This document shows positions 37,059-49,603 of a stretch of DNA of 64,000 nt, piece after piece; the first letter of the stretch is position 1; each line of letters begins with the position of its first letter. The stretch spans positions 124,710,817-124,774,816 of the forward strand of contig NC_058135.1 of the NCBI RefSeq assembly GCF_016433145.1, written 5' to 3'. The DNA comes from Gracilinanus agilis (taxonomy: Eukaryota). The notes beneath the pieces are model-generated. The model worked only from the letters and a program-made list of their open reading frames with translations. It had not been told where the DNA came from and ran no database searches. A program made the position numbers and the translations under genes.

Positions 37059-38429
37059 TAGAAATGTCTTTTATCGGTTTAAAATGGGGAAAGGATTCTT
37101 CTACATACACCGCTTGGCTCTCCTAAATACACAACTTTGAGGAATGTAGAAGAGGAAGTGTTTTTTTTTGGGGGGGGCAGTCAGGGGAGTTCTTTAAAGC
37201 CAGGGGATAGACAATGGTGAGAGATCCCAAATTGGGTACTGTGCTACAGCAGAAAGACTACTGACTCTGAAGCCTGAAGACTTGGGTTCAGATATTGCCT
37301 CTGATGCTTACAAGTCCAAATGTGTGTGACCCACATCAATGGGCCTCGTTTTATTCACTTATAAAATAAGGGGGTCAGACAAAGCATCTGATTCTTTTCC
37401 GACTCTAGACCTGGGACTTCAGCTGACCTCTGAGCCTCCTTCCAGGCCGTTTTCTTTATCAGCTCCTAATCTCCGTCATCCAAACACTCTGTGCCATACA
37501 GCATTCACTCCCTGCTTGGGTTCTGTATTATCATTTCTTCTCCTACCAATCTTCCACTAAGGGAACCTATGACGCAATCCCGTTTCTAGCTTCCTGAGGA
37601 CATGGTTGACTTAAATAAAGGGCTGAACTTTAAGCTTATGGGGCAAGAAGAAGAGAGATTGGACTTTGGTATCAGAAGAACTGAGGCTTCAGATCTATGT
37701 GTTTTTATCAAGCAGTGTCTGGATCGACAGAAACGTTTACAGTAAACTATAATCCATACATCAAAAAAAAAAAAAAAAAAGAAGCATTGACCAAACAAGG
37801 AAAAATAGGCTTACAAACTCCAGAGTATGCCCTCTGCAGCCAGAAGGAGGCAAGAAAATTAATCTTCCAAGAAGAATGCCTAAACGTATTTTATCGTGGG
37901 AAAAAAAATGCTTTATAGTTTGGGGACAGATTACAGTCCAGCTCGAGTGATAGATTTGCCACCTGCTCTGTTTCTTGCTCACAGAGCTACTTTTAATCTA
38001 TTGTTTGCATGCTGGTTCAGTTTTCTCTAAGATCTGGGCAGGTAAAAAGAATGCCTGACAGCCCCAACCTCATTCTCATTGGGTAGATGCCGGCTCAGCA
38101 TGCCACTGTTCTTAAGTGTTTACTAAGGGATTAATGACTACATGCACATTATTTGTTCAGCTATAATAATGGCATCAAAGTAAAATGATCCATAATGAAG
38201 TGAATGGAGGGGGAGGACATGGGAAAATTTGTCCAATGGAATGCAAAAGGAATACTGTAGAACCATGAAAAGTATATAGAATTATATAGAAAGGTGACAA
38301 TAATAAAAGACAGCAACATTTGAACAGCCAAACTCAAATTTCCTGCCATTATCAATTTTGGTTTCAGGAAAATAAATGATAAATTACATTTCCCTCCTCA
38401 GTAGAGAGGTGAAGGACTATAAGGAAGAA

Positions 38430-38772
38430 GTGGATTGAAAGCCAGGCCTGGAGGTAGGAGGTCCTGGATTCAAGTCTGGCCTCAGCTACTTTCTGGCTGT
38501 GGGACCCTTGGACAAGTCACTTAACCTCCCATGTCTAGTCATTACCACTCTTCTACCTTGGAACCAATACAGAGTATTGATTCTAAGACTGAAGGAAAGG
38601 AGAAAGAAGAGAAAAGGAAGAGGAGGAGAAAAGAAAAGGAAGAGGAGGAGAAGAGGAAAGGAAGAGGAGGAGAAGAGGAAAGGAAGAGGAGGAGAAGAGA
38701 AAAGGAAGAGGAGGAGAAGAGAAAAGGAAGAGGAGAGGAGAGGAGAGGAGAGAAGGGAAAAGAAAAAGAAGA
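38430..38772 (+). mobile_element. Older SINE with tail expanded into a GA-rich repeat (38591-38772)
   Basis: SINE body to ...ttctaagactgaagg, then repeated gaagaggaggagaagaggaaag units; explains the K/E/R-rich ORFs. Confidence 0.85.
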
Positions 38773-40099
38773 TGCTTACATTATAAGATGACAAATTTAT
38801 GGGGTATATTTTTCCTTCACTTGTTCTTGTTAAGTGGAAGAATTAAGAGGGCAAAACATATGCACTGGTAAATGAGTATAAAAGAAAATCCCCAAAATTA
38901 TTGAAAAGTTTGTCCAAGAGTTTTTGTTATGTATGAGTTTTCTCTTACAACAATGACTAATATAGAAGCGTGTTTTGCATGACAATAAAGATAAAATTAA
39001 AAAGTAAAGTAATATAAAATAAAATGGGGATAATAAAGAAAAAGTTTATCCAAAAAAAGGTCAAGGCAGAAGTCAACTAATAACTTTATACATATATGTA
39101 TATGTATATATATACATGTATACATGTATTTGTATAAGATGCATATTTGTGAGTTCAAATCTGGCCTCAGACAATTACTAGCTACATAACCCTGCACAAG
39201 GCACTGAACTTTCTTTGCCTCAATTTCCCCATATGTAAAATGAGCTGGAAAAGGAAATTGCAACCACTCCAGTGTCATTGCCAAGAAAATCCCAAATTGG
39301 GTCACATAGATTTGATTGAAACAACTAAACAACACCAAGGTTTTTAAACTGCTGTATAATACCTCCCCCCCACTCCACTCCATTTGTCTGTCCCCCACAC
39401 ACAGACCTTTAAAATGCCATACTAAGGTGGTGGTGGTTGAGGGAGGGGGAAGCACATCACTCTCCTCCTCTCTCTCCTTCCAAAATAAAATCCCTTCAAA
39501 TTTTAAACAAGTGCAGCCTAGCAAAGGGAAACCAGAATTCAGTCATATGTATAGGACAGGAGATAAGAAATAATGCTCTATGTCACATAATGACTCTATG
39601 CCAGAGTGGACAGTACAAACTAAGGAATGGGCCAGGTGAAGACTTCTCAACAACACAAACAGAAGGTAAGAAAGAAAAGAAGAAGCTGTTCTAAAAGATC
39701 ACCATTTCTCTTGACTTCCAATCCAGGGTTCATTCCATTAGAGACAATGAATGTTTGATCAAACTTACCTGTTTCTAGGATTTGTATTTATGAAAAGATT
39801 TTTTTGCCTTTCTTCCATGGAACAGGAGGTAAACACATATTCTGACTCCAGCACCCTGTCCCATGCCAAAATCAGGCTCATAACTCAAACCCAACTTGTC
39901 CCCAACAGAGAGGACTATCTTTTCCCTTGTTACTCCTGCTTTTTTTTTTAACTCTCCCAGCACCCTCATCTTCATAGAAAGTACCAAGAACTAAGTTCTG
40001 CAGATTCCACTATTGCAACATCTCCCATTTCCTTCCCTTCCCCTCAATTCTCATTGTTATGCCCTTGCACAAACCCTCCTTAACATCTGCTTGGGGGAA

Positions 40100-41780
40100 T
40101 TACAATACCCTAATTAATATAACAGATCCTCCCACTAAGGAAGGGTGGAGGCCACCAGTGAAAGGAGCATTCTAGCTAAATTATCCCAATATTCCTCTGT
40201 AAATAACGTTAAAATCATGTATCAAATCAAATTCTAAAACAGCATAAGCAGGAAAAGGCAGAGGTGAGACATTTTTACAGTCCAGAACTACTGAGAAGTT
40301 CAGAGATATATATGGCAATGAGGTTGGAGCTGTCCAGGAGCTCAGCATAGAAATCTCACCAGCTGTGAGTCTTGAATATGGTGGCATCAATAGCAGTATG
40401 GCATGCTCTCACCATCCCAACACAGTCAAAGGCACAACTATACATAGTAGAAGATTCCAGAAGACCTCTCTGCTAGCACTGGGTATAGGACTGGTAATAT
40501 TTGGAAACTCCATTGCCCATGACTGAGTATTGGGCTTCAGATTTAAGTCACAGAGGAAAGGAATCCCAAGGTCTAGGTAGCACTTCCAGGGAGGAAAGGA
40601 GTTGAGATCATGGGTCCTTCCATGGCATTCCAGGAGAGCAATGACCACAACTCTTCTCCAAACCATACCACCTAAGAAGGTATCTAAAACTGTGAGAAAA
40701 ACAAGAGAAAAGTCTGAAGCTTGGGACAAAGACTCTCCAACTCTCACAAAAAGTTCAAAATAAAAAATGTAAGATGGGAAAACATAAAAAAAAAACAACA
40801 ACAAACCCTAACCATAAAAAGTTGCTATGGTGACAGGGATGGTCAAGATACAAACTTAGAAGAAGATAGCTGAAAATATTGAAAAGCAAAATCTCAAAGA
40901 AAAAAATGTAGACTGGGCACAACTCTAACAAGAATTCCTAGATGTAAAGAGTTTTTTTTAAAGCAAAGAATTTTAAAATCAAATAAGGACAATAGAAGAA
41001 AAATTAGGAAAAGGAACAAGAGCAATACAAGGATATGATGAAAAAGGAAATTGACAAGTTGATAAAAGAGGCACAAAAATAATGAGTAACTCCTTTAAAA
41101 AATTGGTCAAATGCTGAGTGGTACAAAACCTCAGTGAAGAAAAAACTTCTTAAAAAAGTAGAATTTGGGAAGTGGAAAAAAAGAGAATGCAAAGTTCCAG
41201 ACAATTCTGAGGGACTTATGAAAAAGAATGCTATTCACATTCAGAGGAAGAACTATGGGAGTAGAAACAAAGAAGAAACACAACTTTTGAACACATGGGT
41301 TGATGTAGATATATGATTTGGAATGTAGACTCGAAACCACCACCCCAGTGCAACTATCAATAATATGGAAATAGGTCTTGATCAATGGCACATGGAAAAC
41401 CCAGGGGAAATATGCATAGACTATAGGGGGGTAGGGGGAAGGGAAGAGAAAGAACATGAATCATGCAACCATGGGAAAATTTTCTATTAAAAAAGTTAAT
41501 TAATTTAAAAAAACAGAAAAAAGAGAAATTAAAACCTTACTAAAAAAAGCATAAAAAATTAGAATTGGTCAAGTGGAAGCTAATGATCCCATGAGAAATC
41601 AAGAACAATAAGTAAAAGTTAAAAAGGATGAAAAGAATTGAAGAAAATAGGAAATATTTCAGATGAAAAACAACCAACCTAGAAAATGAATCAAGGAGAA
41701 ATAATTTTAAAGTTATTGTACTCCCTGAAAGCCATGATCTAACAAAGAATGTGGATAAAGAAATTAGGGAAAATAGCCCC
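40100..41780 (+). mobile_element. Second degraded L1 5'UTR and ORF1
   Basis: 5'UTR similar to the 29150-29300 region; ORF1 repeats aaaattagaattggtcaagtgg and acaaccaacctagaaaat...ctccctgaaagcc. Confidence 0.7.
41188..41516 (+). mobile_element. L1 3' end nested in the L1 ORF1 relic
   Basis: caattctgagggacttatg...catgaatcatgcaaccatgg; 11-bp TSD aaaaaagagaa at 41177-41187 and 41517-41527. Confidence 0.85.
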
Positions 41781-42240
41781 CTTTGGTTTTTCCGATGTGA
41801 ATAGTGAGACCAATTTCTTTTTTGGATTGCTCTAGTTTTCTGAAGAAATATAGTTCTTTGGGAAGAGACCAATCATATCATAGGTGAATATGAGCTCTTG
41901 GTGAATTTTGACATGGAAAAATAATTGTTTTTTGGACTTTAGGCAGGAAATATTCCATGATACTTCCAAACACCTTTTTGAAGAGGATGTATTACTCCCT
42001 TCTAGATTACACTCAGGACTTCCTATATTATGCCTCTGGACATCTCCATCTTGCAAGCTCACTACAGTCAAGACATTCACACATTCGAAGTCTCTTTCTT
42101 TGATTAGATGACTCCAACCAGAACCTTCATTTAAGGAGAATGTCCAGGACAGTTATTTCTTTCACTCTTCTCCAGACTGAATTCTGGGATTCATTGCCTC
42201 TGTGTTATGCATTACTGAGGTACTCTCCTAACACAAAGAT

Positions 42241-42390
42241 ACTCACACTCACTCACTCTCTCTCACTCTCTCTCACTCACTCACACTCACTCACACTCAC
42301 TCACACTCACTCTCACTCACTCTCACTCACTCACACTCACTCACACTCTCTCTCTCTCACTCACTCACACACACACTCTCTCTCTCTCCT
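42241..42390. repeat. (CTCA/CA/CT)n compound microsatellite
   Basis: actcacactcactcactctc... seen directly. Confidence 0.95.
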
Positions 42391-43439
42391 TCCTTTTAGG
42401 AGTTGTCTCCCCTCATTAGAATTTAAGCTCCTTGACAGCAGGGACCTGGCACATAGTAAGCATTAAAGAAATGATAAAGAAACATTTGTTTACTGACTAA
42501 ACCTATTTTATATCTTCACTTGAGGCAGAAACTCAGAAGAGAGTTGAAGGAATTTACGAATCTGTTGTTCCAACTGTGCGAGAATATTTTACCAAACTGC
42601 TGAAGGCAGCTTTAAAGGTACATTGTGTCATATTAAATTAAAAAAAAAATTAAGTCAAATTCTATACCTCTTAGTTCTATGACTATGAAGATAAAATTGG
42701 CTACAGAAATTCATCTATGAAAGTTTATGCAGTCCTGTTTCATCAGGTATGCTCAATGGGTAGCTACGATTTCATCAGAGATAACCTCAATCCATGCACA
42801 CACCACTGAAATAAATGTTTTCTATAGATGGGAAAATACATTTATCAGTTCATAGTTGCTCTCAATCACCTCTTTTTTTCTTTCCCAGTGAACATCTGGT
42901 CTATGAACTAATCTATTAATTTGAAATCTTCCCCTCATTGAAATATTTAGAAAAAATAATCTCAGAAAAGCTTTAAAAGTGAGCTGCCTCTTGCAAACAG
43001 CTGGTTGAGTCTTTGTCCCAGGCATCAGGGCTACCCCCATGCACATGGTGCATTAGGTGGCAAGGGAGTAGGGCCCAAAGGTGCTAGTTCCACCTTCACT
43101 ACTGAGATAAATTGCCACAAAACACCATACTTTGTGACTATGTATCATCTTTCTTCCATGTTTCCCTGCAAATAAATGCTTTGGAGATGACCTGGCTTAA
43201 CTGAATCCCAAGCAAAGTTATCAGCTCATTCTTTAACTACTCCTCAGTTGGGCATAATCCTGCATAATGTTTTACAAATTAACTGGGAACCTAATCCTGC
43301 ATCCCTTTAGATTCCCCAAGTCTGTTTGCCAAAGAAATTAGTATTACCTGGTTGAAGTGGTTTCGAGGTTCTCCAAGCCTCCTCAGTGTGGGCTGGTTGT
43401 TTGGTTAGGCTTCTTCAGGAAAATAAAGAATCTCATAGT

Positions 43440-43770
43440 TGTAAGGGATCTCAGAAGCAACAGGATTCAGCCCACACCTGAGTAACAATCTCTTTTGCAT
43501 CATCATTGCCTAGTGGTCAACTAGCCTTTGCTGGAGCACCCCGAGGAAGGGGAAGACTTTGACCTCCTGAGGAAACCCCAAACAGTTGAAGACAGCTCTC
43601 TTTCTAGGAAGTTTTCCACTTATATGAAAAGCCTCAAGTTGCCCCCTCCATCCAAGACTTCTTCTGTAAGAATTTGTTTGTTGCATTAAAATACCCAATT
43701 ACTCATTGCTCCTGGTTCTGTTCTCTGGAACTAACACCAAGTCTAATCCTCCTTCTTCATGATATCTCTT
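43440..43770 (-). mobile_element. L3/CR1 3' end
   Basis: gtcaactagcctttgctggagc...gacagctct..ttctaggaagttttcc, the reverse of the CR1 3' terminus. Confidence 0.65.
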
Positions 43771-44189
43771 CAAATGAGAGAAAACATGGTATATACCAGA
43801 CAGAGCATTAGATATGGAATCCTGAAGGCCCTAATTCAAATCCTTCCCCAGATTCTTACTGGCTGAGTGACCCTGAACAAGTCACTTACTTTCTAAATAC
43901 GAGTTTTCTCATCTGTAAAAAGGAGGGATCTAAGAGAGGATTAGACTTGATAGTCCCTAAGGTGCATTCTAGCATTAAATCCTATGATCACACTCCCCCT
44001 CTTCTTAATGTCTCTTCTTCTCCAAGTAATCTCCAGTTCTCTCAATCAATTCTCTTAGAAAATAATCTTGAGCCCTTCCCAATCTTATTCACCTTTCCAC
44101 CTCCGATATCTTTTCTGAACAGAACAAAATACAAGGATTATCATCTCTCTCATTCTGCAATGTGTTACTGTCAGTTCCTTTACTTTTAT

Positions 44190-45200
44190 CCATTTCCTGT
44201 TTTTCCATCAACAGGTCAGAGCTGCTGTAATTGCCTGCATGCAGCATCCCTGTGTCAACATCCATGTCTCCCAGATCCACATACAACATCCTAGCCTCCC
44301 TCCAGTCTTGCATTACCAACTGCCTAGTTAACATTTCAAACCAGATGTCCCATAGGCATCCCAAATGTAGAAAAGAACTCAGTACCGGCTTTTCCCCCAC
44401 CCTCCAACTAACCTTTCGTCCTCATTCCCCTATTATTGTCATAGCACCAGACATTCTTTCAGCCACCCAGGTTCACACAACTTCAGTTATTTTTAACCCA
44501 TCACTCAGCCCACAAATCTATTCAGTCGCCAGATCTTGTTTCCATCTCCATAACATCTCTCAAAGACTTTCCCTCCTTTCTCTTCACAGGCATTAACCAA
44601 ATTTAAGCTCTCATCACCTTTCACTTAGAGCCCTCTTTTGGTCTCCTGTCATAAGCCTCTTTCCTCTCTCATCTGTCCCATACGTGGTTGCCAAAACACA
44701 GGACTATGTCAATGCCACCTTGCTTCCATATGTCCATGCCAAATAAAATTCCAATGGTTTCTTAAGACTTTGGGAATCAAATAGAAACTTCCCTCGCATT
44801 TAAATCTCTTCAGAACCTGGACGCTTCCTACCTTTCCAGCGTGTTCACACCTCATTCCCCTCCCCTCCAAGAACTCTAATGATCCCATCATAGTGGCTTA
44901 ATTGCTTTTCCACACACAATACTTCATTTCCTAACTCCTCCTGCTGGCTGTTGGTTCAACCCAAGGAGGTTGAAACGTCGGGTACCAAGTGAGGATGTAA
45001 CTTGAAAGGATGCTGGGTAACATAGATCAGGTGTATCAAATTTCTATTTACACACTGTCCCCCATACCCCAAAATGCACTCCCTCCTAGCCTCTGTTTCT
45101 CAGAATTCCCAGATTCCTTCACTCTTCATCTCAAATGCCTCTTTCTACAGAAAGTCTTTCCTCATCTGCCCAATGACTAGGGCATTCTTTCACCAGACTA
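44190..45200 (+). mobile_element. L2 LINE fragment (interrupted at 44952-45054)
   Basis: ttaccaactgcctagttaacatttc...gatgtcccataggcatc, then ctggctgt|cccccatac...aatgcactccctcc. Confidence 0.75.
44952..45054 (-). mobile_element. 103-bp TG...CA insertion, probable miniature or internally deleted solo LTR
   Basis: TG/CA termini and 4-bp TSD ctgt (44948-44951, 45055-45058); removing it restores the L2 sequence ctggctgtcccccat. Confidence 0.6.
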
Positions 45201-45226
45201 TCTTGGAAGTCATTCTGTATATTTTT

Positions 45227-45428
45227 TTTTTTAAATTTTTTTTTTATATTTTAAACCCTTAACTTCTGTGTATTGACTTATAGGTGGAAGAGTGGTAAGG
45301 GTAGGCAATGGGGGTCAAGTGACTTGCCCAGGGTCACACAGCTGGGAAGTGTCCGAGGCCGGATTTGAACCTAGGACCTCCCGTCTCTAGGCCTGGCTCT
45401 CAATCCACTGAGCTACCCAGCTGCCCCC
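45227..45428 (-). mobile_element. SINE1_Mdo-like SINE
   Basis: Complete reverse copy; 16-bp TSD cattctgtatattttt at 45211-45226 and 45429-45444. Confidence 0.92.
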
Positions 45429-47366
45429 CATTCTGTATATTTTTATAGATGTACATGTTGTCTTTCCCATTAGAAAATAAACCTTGAGGGAAGAAACTAT
45501 CTCAAGTTTTTTTCTCTTATCAATGGGTCCTGGGGATACTTTGTATCTGGAACATATTAGGAGCTTAAATGCTTCCTCACTGATCAATTGATCATTATCT
45601 TTGCTTCTAATCTGGCATTGAGTTTGACCCTTGCTCTTATCAGTCAATGACTACACACAGGCTACAAAATGTCTCTCAAGGTCTCTAACAAATCCCTTCC
45701 TATAATTGGTCCATGTTATTCCTCTTTAGGTTATTCGTAGCCCACAGCCAATTCTGGGCATTCTACACAACCTACAGCTCTGATGCTTTTCTATGATAGG
45801 CGAACTTTGACTTATGACAGTTCTGGATTCTAACTCTTAACTCCAGCGTAGTTATTGCCCCACAGAATTTCGCTGATTCCAAATCTACTGCAGGGGTGTC
45901 GTGCATACATTTCAATCTCTTCATGGTAATCTGTTTGCTGATGCTCAAGATGGGCTGTAGAAAATGAGGTAAGCAAGTATCCCAGGAAATGAAATGGGGG
46001 GTAGCCCTTGGGTAAACCAAGTCCACCGACTTTATTCTCTTCAGAGACCACCTGAGAATTGTCTTTCCTTTTAGTGGTACCTTCTATATTTTTTCTATTT
46101 ACATTTATAATAAAAATGCCAATATGGATGGGGTTTGGTGTCTTCAACAGTCATCTGACTGGTCACTAGACAATGGAAATTGTTGAAAGAGTACCAATGG
46201 TTAAATTATGCTTATAGAAAAATGTATAAAAGTAGGTGATTCTTAGCCTCCTCTGTCCCATTTCCAAAGTGCTTAGCATATGTGACCTCATGGATGCTCA
46301 TAAAAATCCTGAAAAGTAGGTGCTATCATTATCCTCACATATGGGTGAGGAAGATGAGGCTGACAGAGATTAAGCATCTTGGCCATTATCTGGAGTAATG
46401 AAGGATAAGATCTGAATTTGACTTTTCCTGACTCTATCTGTCCTGTCAACTAGAGCAGACTGTCTTGGTAGGTTCCTCCCAATCACTGGGCACAGGAAGA
46501 AGGAATCAACAGCAATGAGCACCAGTCCTCATCCGTTGCTCTGGGGCACTATTGATAATGCAGCAGCAGGAGAGTGTGGATTCTCTTTATACCTGAAGTC
46601 TGCTCCAGCAAGTAGAGGCACTGGCTGATGTGGCTTTAAAATAGGGCTGCCCTTTGCGGTAAAGGACACAAAAAGATTATCTGTCAGGGTGCTGCTCCAT
46701 CAATTATAAGTATAGATAACTTGTTTGAAGAAAACTACTCTATTTGATATTTTTTAATAGCTCAGGGACATTTGAAATGCCATGACCTTTGATGTAACAG
46801 CCTCCAAGGAGACTAAACTCTCAGGTCTTCCCTAGCAATAAAGTCACTGATCATCTTCTTAAGAATAGAGGAAAGTCTGTGCTTCAGACTGAATGATTAA
46901 TCAAAAAGCACTTATTAAGCCCCTACTGTATGCCAGGTACTGCATTAAGTGCTAAACTCCCAATGACCAATTTTGATTAATAATGCTTACAAGTCATAAA
47001 AGAAGAGCAAAATCTTCAGAATCCCATTCTACTAAATGGTTTCCTATATGTGAGAGACCATCTCTGCCCCTAGCAGGCTCCCCGCCATTGTACTTGTCCT
47101 GAGGGAGGCACCTTTCTAAATGCTGAGGTCACAGAATCACTGTAAAACATAGATCACTGGAAGAAACATACATAAGAGGGGAAATGGGGTTAAATACTGA
47201 GGAATGAGGAGTGCCAGGAGCTATGACAAAGGGCAGGACACAAAGCAATCCAGGGCATCTGAACCCCAAAGCCCATGGGCAGAGTTCTAATGATCTCTCA
47301 CCAAACTGAATTAAAATGATCTTAGTAGCTAGCTTATTATATAGTATGTTCAAGAACATAGCCAGA

Positions 47367-47552
47367 GGAGCAGCTAGGCTGCTCAATCGAGAGGGGAAGT
47401 CCTGAGTTCAAACCTGACCTCAGACACTTCCTAGCTGAGTGACCCTGGATAAGTCACTTAATCCCAACTGCCTAGCCCTTACAGCTCTTCTGCCTTGGAA
47501 CTACTAGTTAGTATGGATTCTAAAACAGAAGATAAGGGTTAAAAAAAAAAAA
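47367..47552 (+). mobile_element. Older SINE1-related SINE followed by (TA)n
   Basis: gagcagctaggctgctc head, gagttcaaacctgacctcag, ttctaaaacagaagataagggtt tail. Confidence 0.8.
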
Positions 47553-47592
47553 GCAGTCAGCAATATATATATATATATATATATACTATGAA

Positions 47593-48048
47593 TGTATATA
47601 ATTCCTACTATAATAAGCAATATGGGGGACATGTATTAATTAGGAATTTTGTACCTTTGAACTATGTTCCCCAGAAATCCTTTCTATATTTCCCAGCATC
47701 CTTTTTCTTTTGTTTACGTGCATGCTTAAGTTGTTTATTTATAAGTTCTGTAACTCCTCCCTCTTATTCTTTTCTTTCCGGACCGGGTTAGGTTAGCTAG
47801 CTTTTTTTACTTTATTTTTAATTTTTCATTAAAATTTTTTATTATTTTCTATTTTTATTTTTTAATTAATTCATTTATTTTTATTTTTAGTATTCTTATT
47901 TATTTATTGTTGATAATAGTTTTTATTATTTTTATTACTATATTTTTATTATTTTATTATATTTTATTTATTTATTAGTAGTATTTTATTCTTATTAATA
48001 AACTTTATAAAATATAATAGTTATTGTATGTTAATTTTAATCTTCACA
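47593..48048 (+). mobile_element. Probable solo LTR with an extremely AT-rich interior
   Basis: Starts tgta, ends ...aataaactttataaaatataatag...ttaattttaatcttcaca (AATAAA then CA); about 77% identity over 44 nt to the 44952-45054 insert. No TSD found. Confidence 0.4.
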
Positions 48049-49403
48049 GACAGAAAATAATTACAAAGCATGAGTAGAGTGATGTGATGGAAAGAACACT
48101 GCGTTTGAAGTTGGAAAGATCTGGCTGGGTTCAAGAACTGGTTCTAGCTGTGCAACTCTGAGGAATTCGCAATCTAAGCCTCAGGTTCCTCATCCATAAG
48201 ATGATAATAATAATATGGATCATTAAGAAAATTTCATAAAATATAGGGGACAAACATTAGTTATAAATTATCGTTAGTAGATGTTAGAGCTATCAGGGAG
48301 AGGAAAAGCCACAAAGTGACACAAAGTCCCACAGGGATGGCGAAGACGGGGTGAGGAAGTCCTTCCTCTGGGGCACACGGCCACATCATGGTGTGATCTG
48401 AACCGTCAACTACTTCCTAAGGTCACTGCAGAGAGCAGATGTGACCAAGTATGCTCAGGGCTATGTAATCATAAATGCACAGAGGATAGAGTGCTGAGCC
48501 TGGAATCAAAAAGGATCCAAATTCTGGTCCAGTCTCAGGTACTTACAAGCAGTGTGACCCTAGACAAGTCATTTTATTTACCTGTGCCTAAGGATCCTAT
48601 TCTGTTAAATGGAGATAGCAATTGTGCCTGCCTTCCAAAGCTGTTGTAAAGATAAAATGAGATTTTTTTTAAAGCTTTGCATATCTCAAAGTGCTAGATA
48701 AATGCTAGATGTTTTCATAATTATTATTAAAAATAAGGGTTTGTTTTGTACAAATCCTACAGAGCTATATACATGATAGCTACTATTATTATTAAATTAG
48801 GACTTTAAAACAAATTTTATGAAAACATAGTGATAACTTGGAATGAGATTTCTATTCAATAATAATATTAATTGAATCTCTACAATATATACAGATCTAG
48901 GTCTTACGGGGAATAAGAAAGAAGTTGAAGACATTTTTTGAAGAATCCCAAGCTTCTTGGCCAGCCCACCTAAAAAGAAGACAGCTATGGATGAATATTC
49001 AGAATTGGAGGCAGTCTATAAGATTCCCTTGAGAAGTCCAAATACAGGTTCAACTATAATGGCTTGTGCCTGCCCTATTTTACAACAAAGGAATTGGGCT
49101 CAAAAAGGCTATGATTCGCCCATGGTCATGAAGCAGAATTTAGAGGAAAGATAGTTCCCAGTGGACTGGGTGTTCCCAGAAGGCTTCATGGAAGATGTGG
49201 GACTCCTAATGGGTCTTGAAGGATGAATGAGATTTGTAGAGGCGGAAGAAAACAGCTGGTAGCGGAGGCAGAGTCGGTCAATAAACAATTATGTGGTAGG
49301 TGCTGTACTAAATGCTGGAGATCCAAAGAAAGGAAGACTTTCCCTATGCTGGAGGAGTTCATAATCCAATGTGCAAAGGTGTGGATGCAAAGGAACATAA
49401 AGA

Positions 49404-49603
49404 GGGTGCAACGAGGGGGCTCAGTGGATTGAGACTCAAGCCTGGAGATGGGAGATCCTGGGTTCAAATTCTGGCCTCAGATACTTCCCAGCTGTGTGAT
49501 CCTGGGCAAGTCACTTGACCCCCATTGCCTAGCCCTTGCCACTCTTCTGCCTTGGAACCAAGACAGAGTACTGACTCTAATAAGATGGAAGGTAAGGGTT
49601 TAA
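49404..49603 (+). mobile_element. Older SINE1-related SINE
   Basis: ctcagtggattgagactc...ggttcaaattctggcctcag...cttctgccttggaacc...ggaaggtaagggttt. Confidence 0.85.

Noticed and set aside
37985-38041. 57-nt + strand exon-like segment (cttgctcacAG ... CAG|GTAAAA)
   Set aside because: Antisense to the host gene with no supporting partner exons; chance splice signals are frequent.
42522-42617. Protein-like stretch EAETQKRVEGIYESVVPTVREYFTKLLKAALK before AAG|GTAC
   Set aside because: The 5' half is MIR-like, there is no valid acceptor, and I recognise no matching protein.
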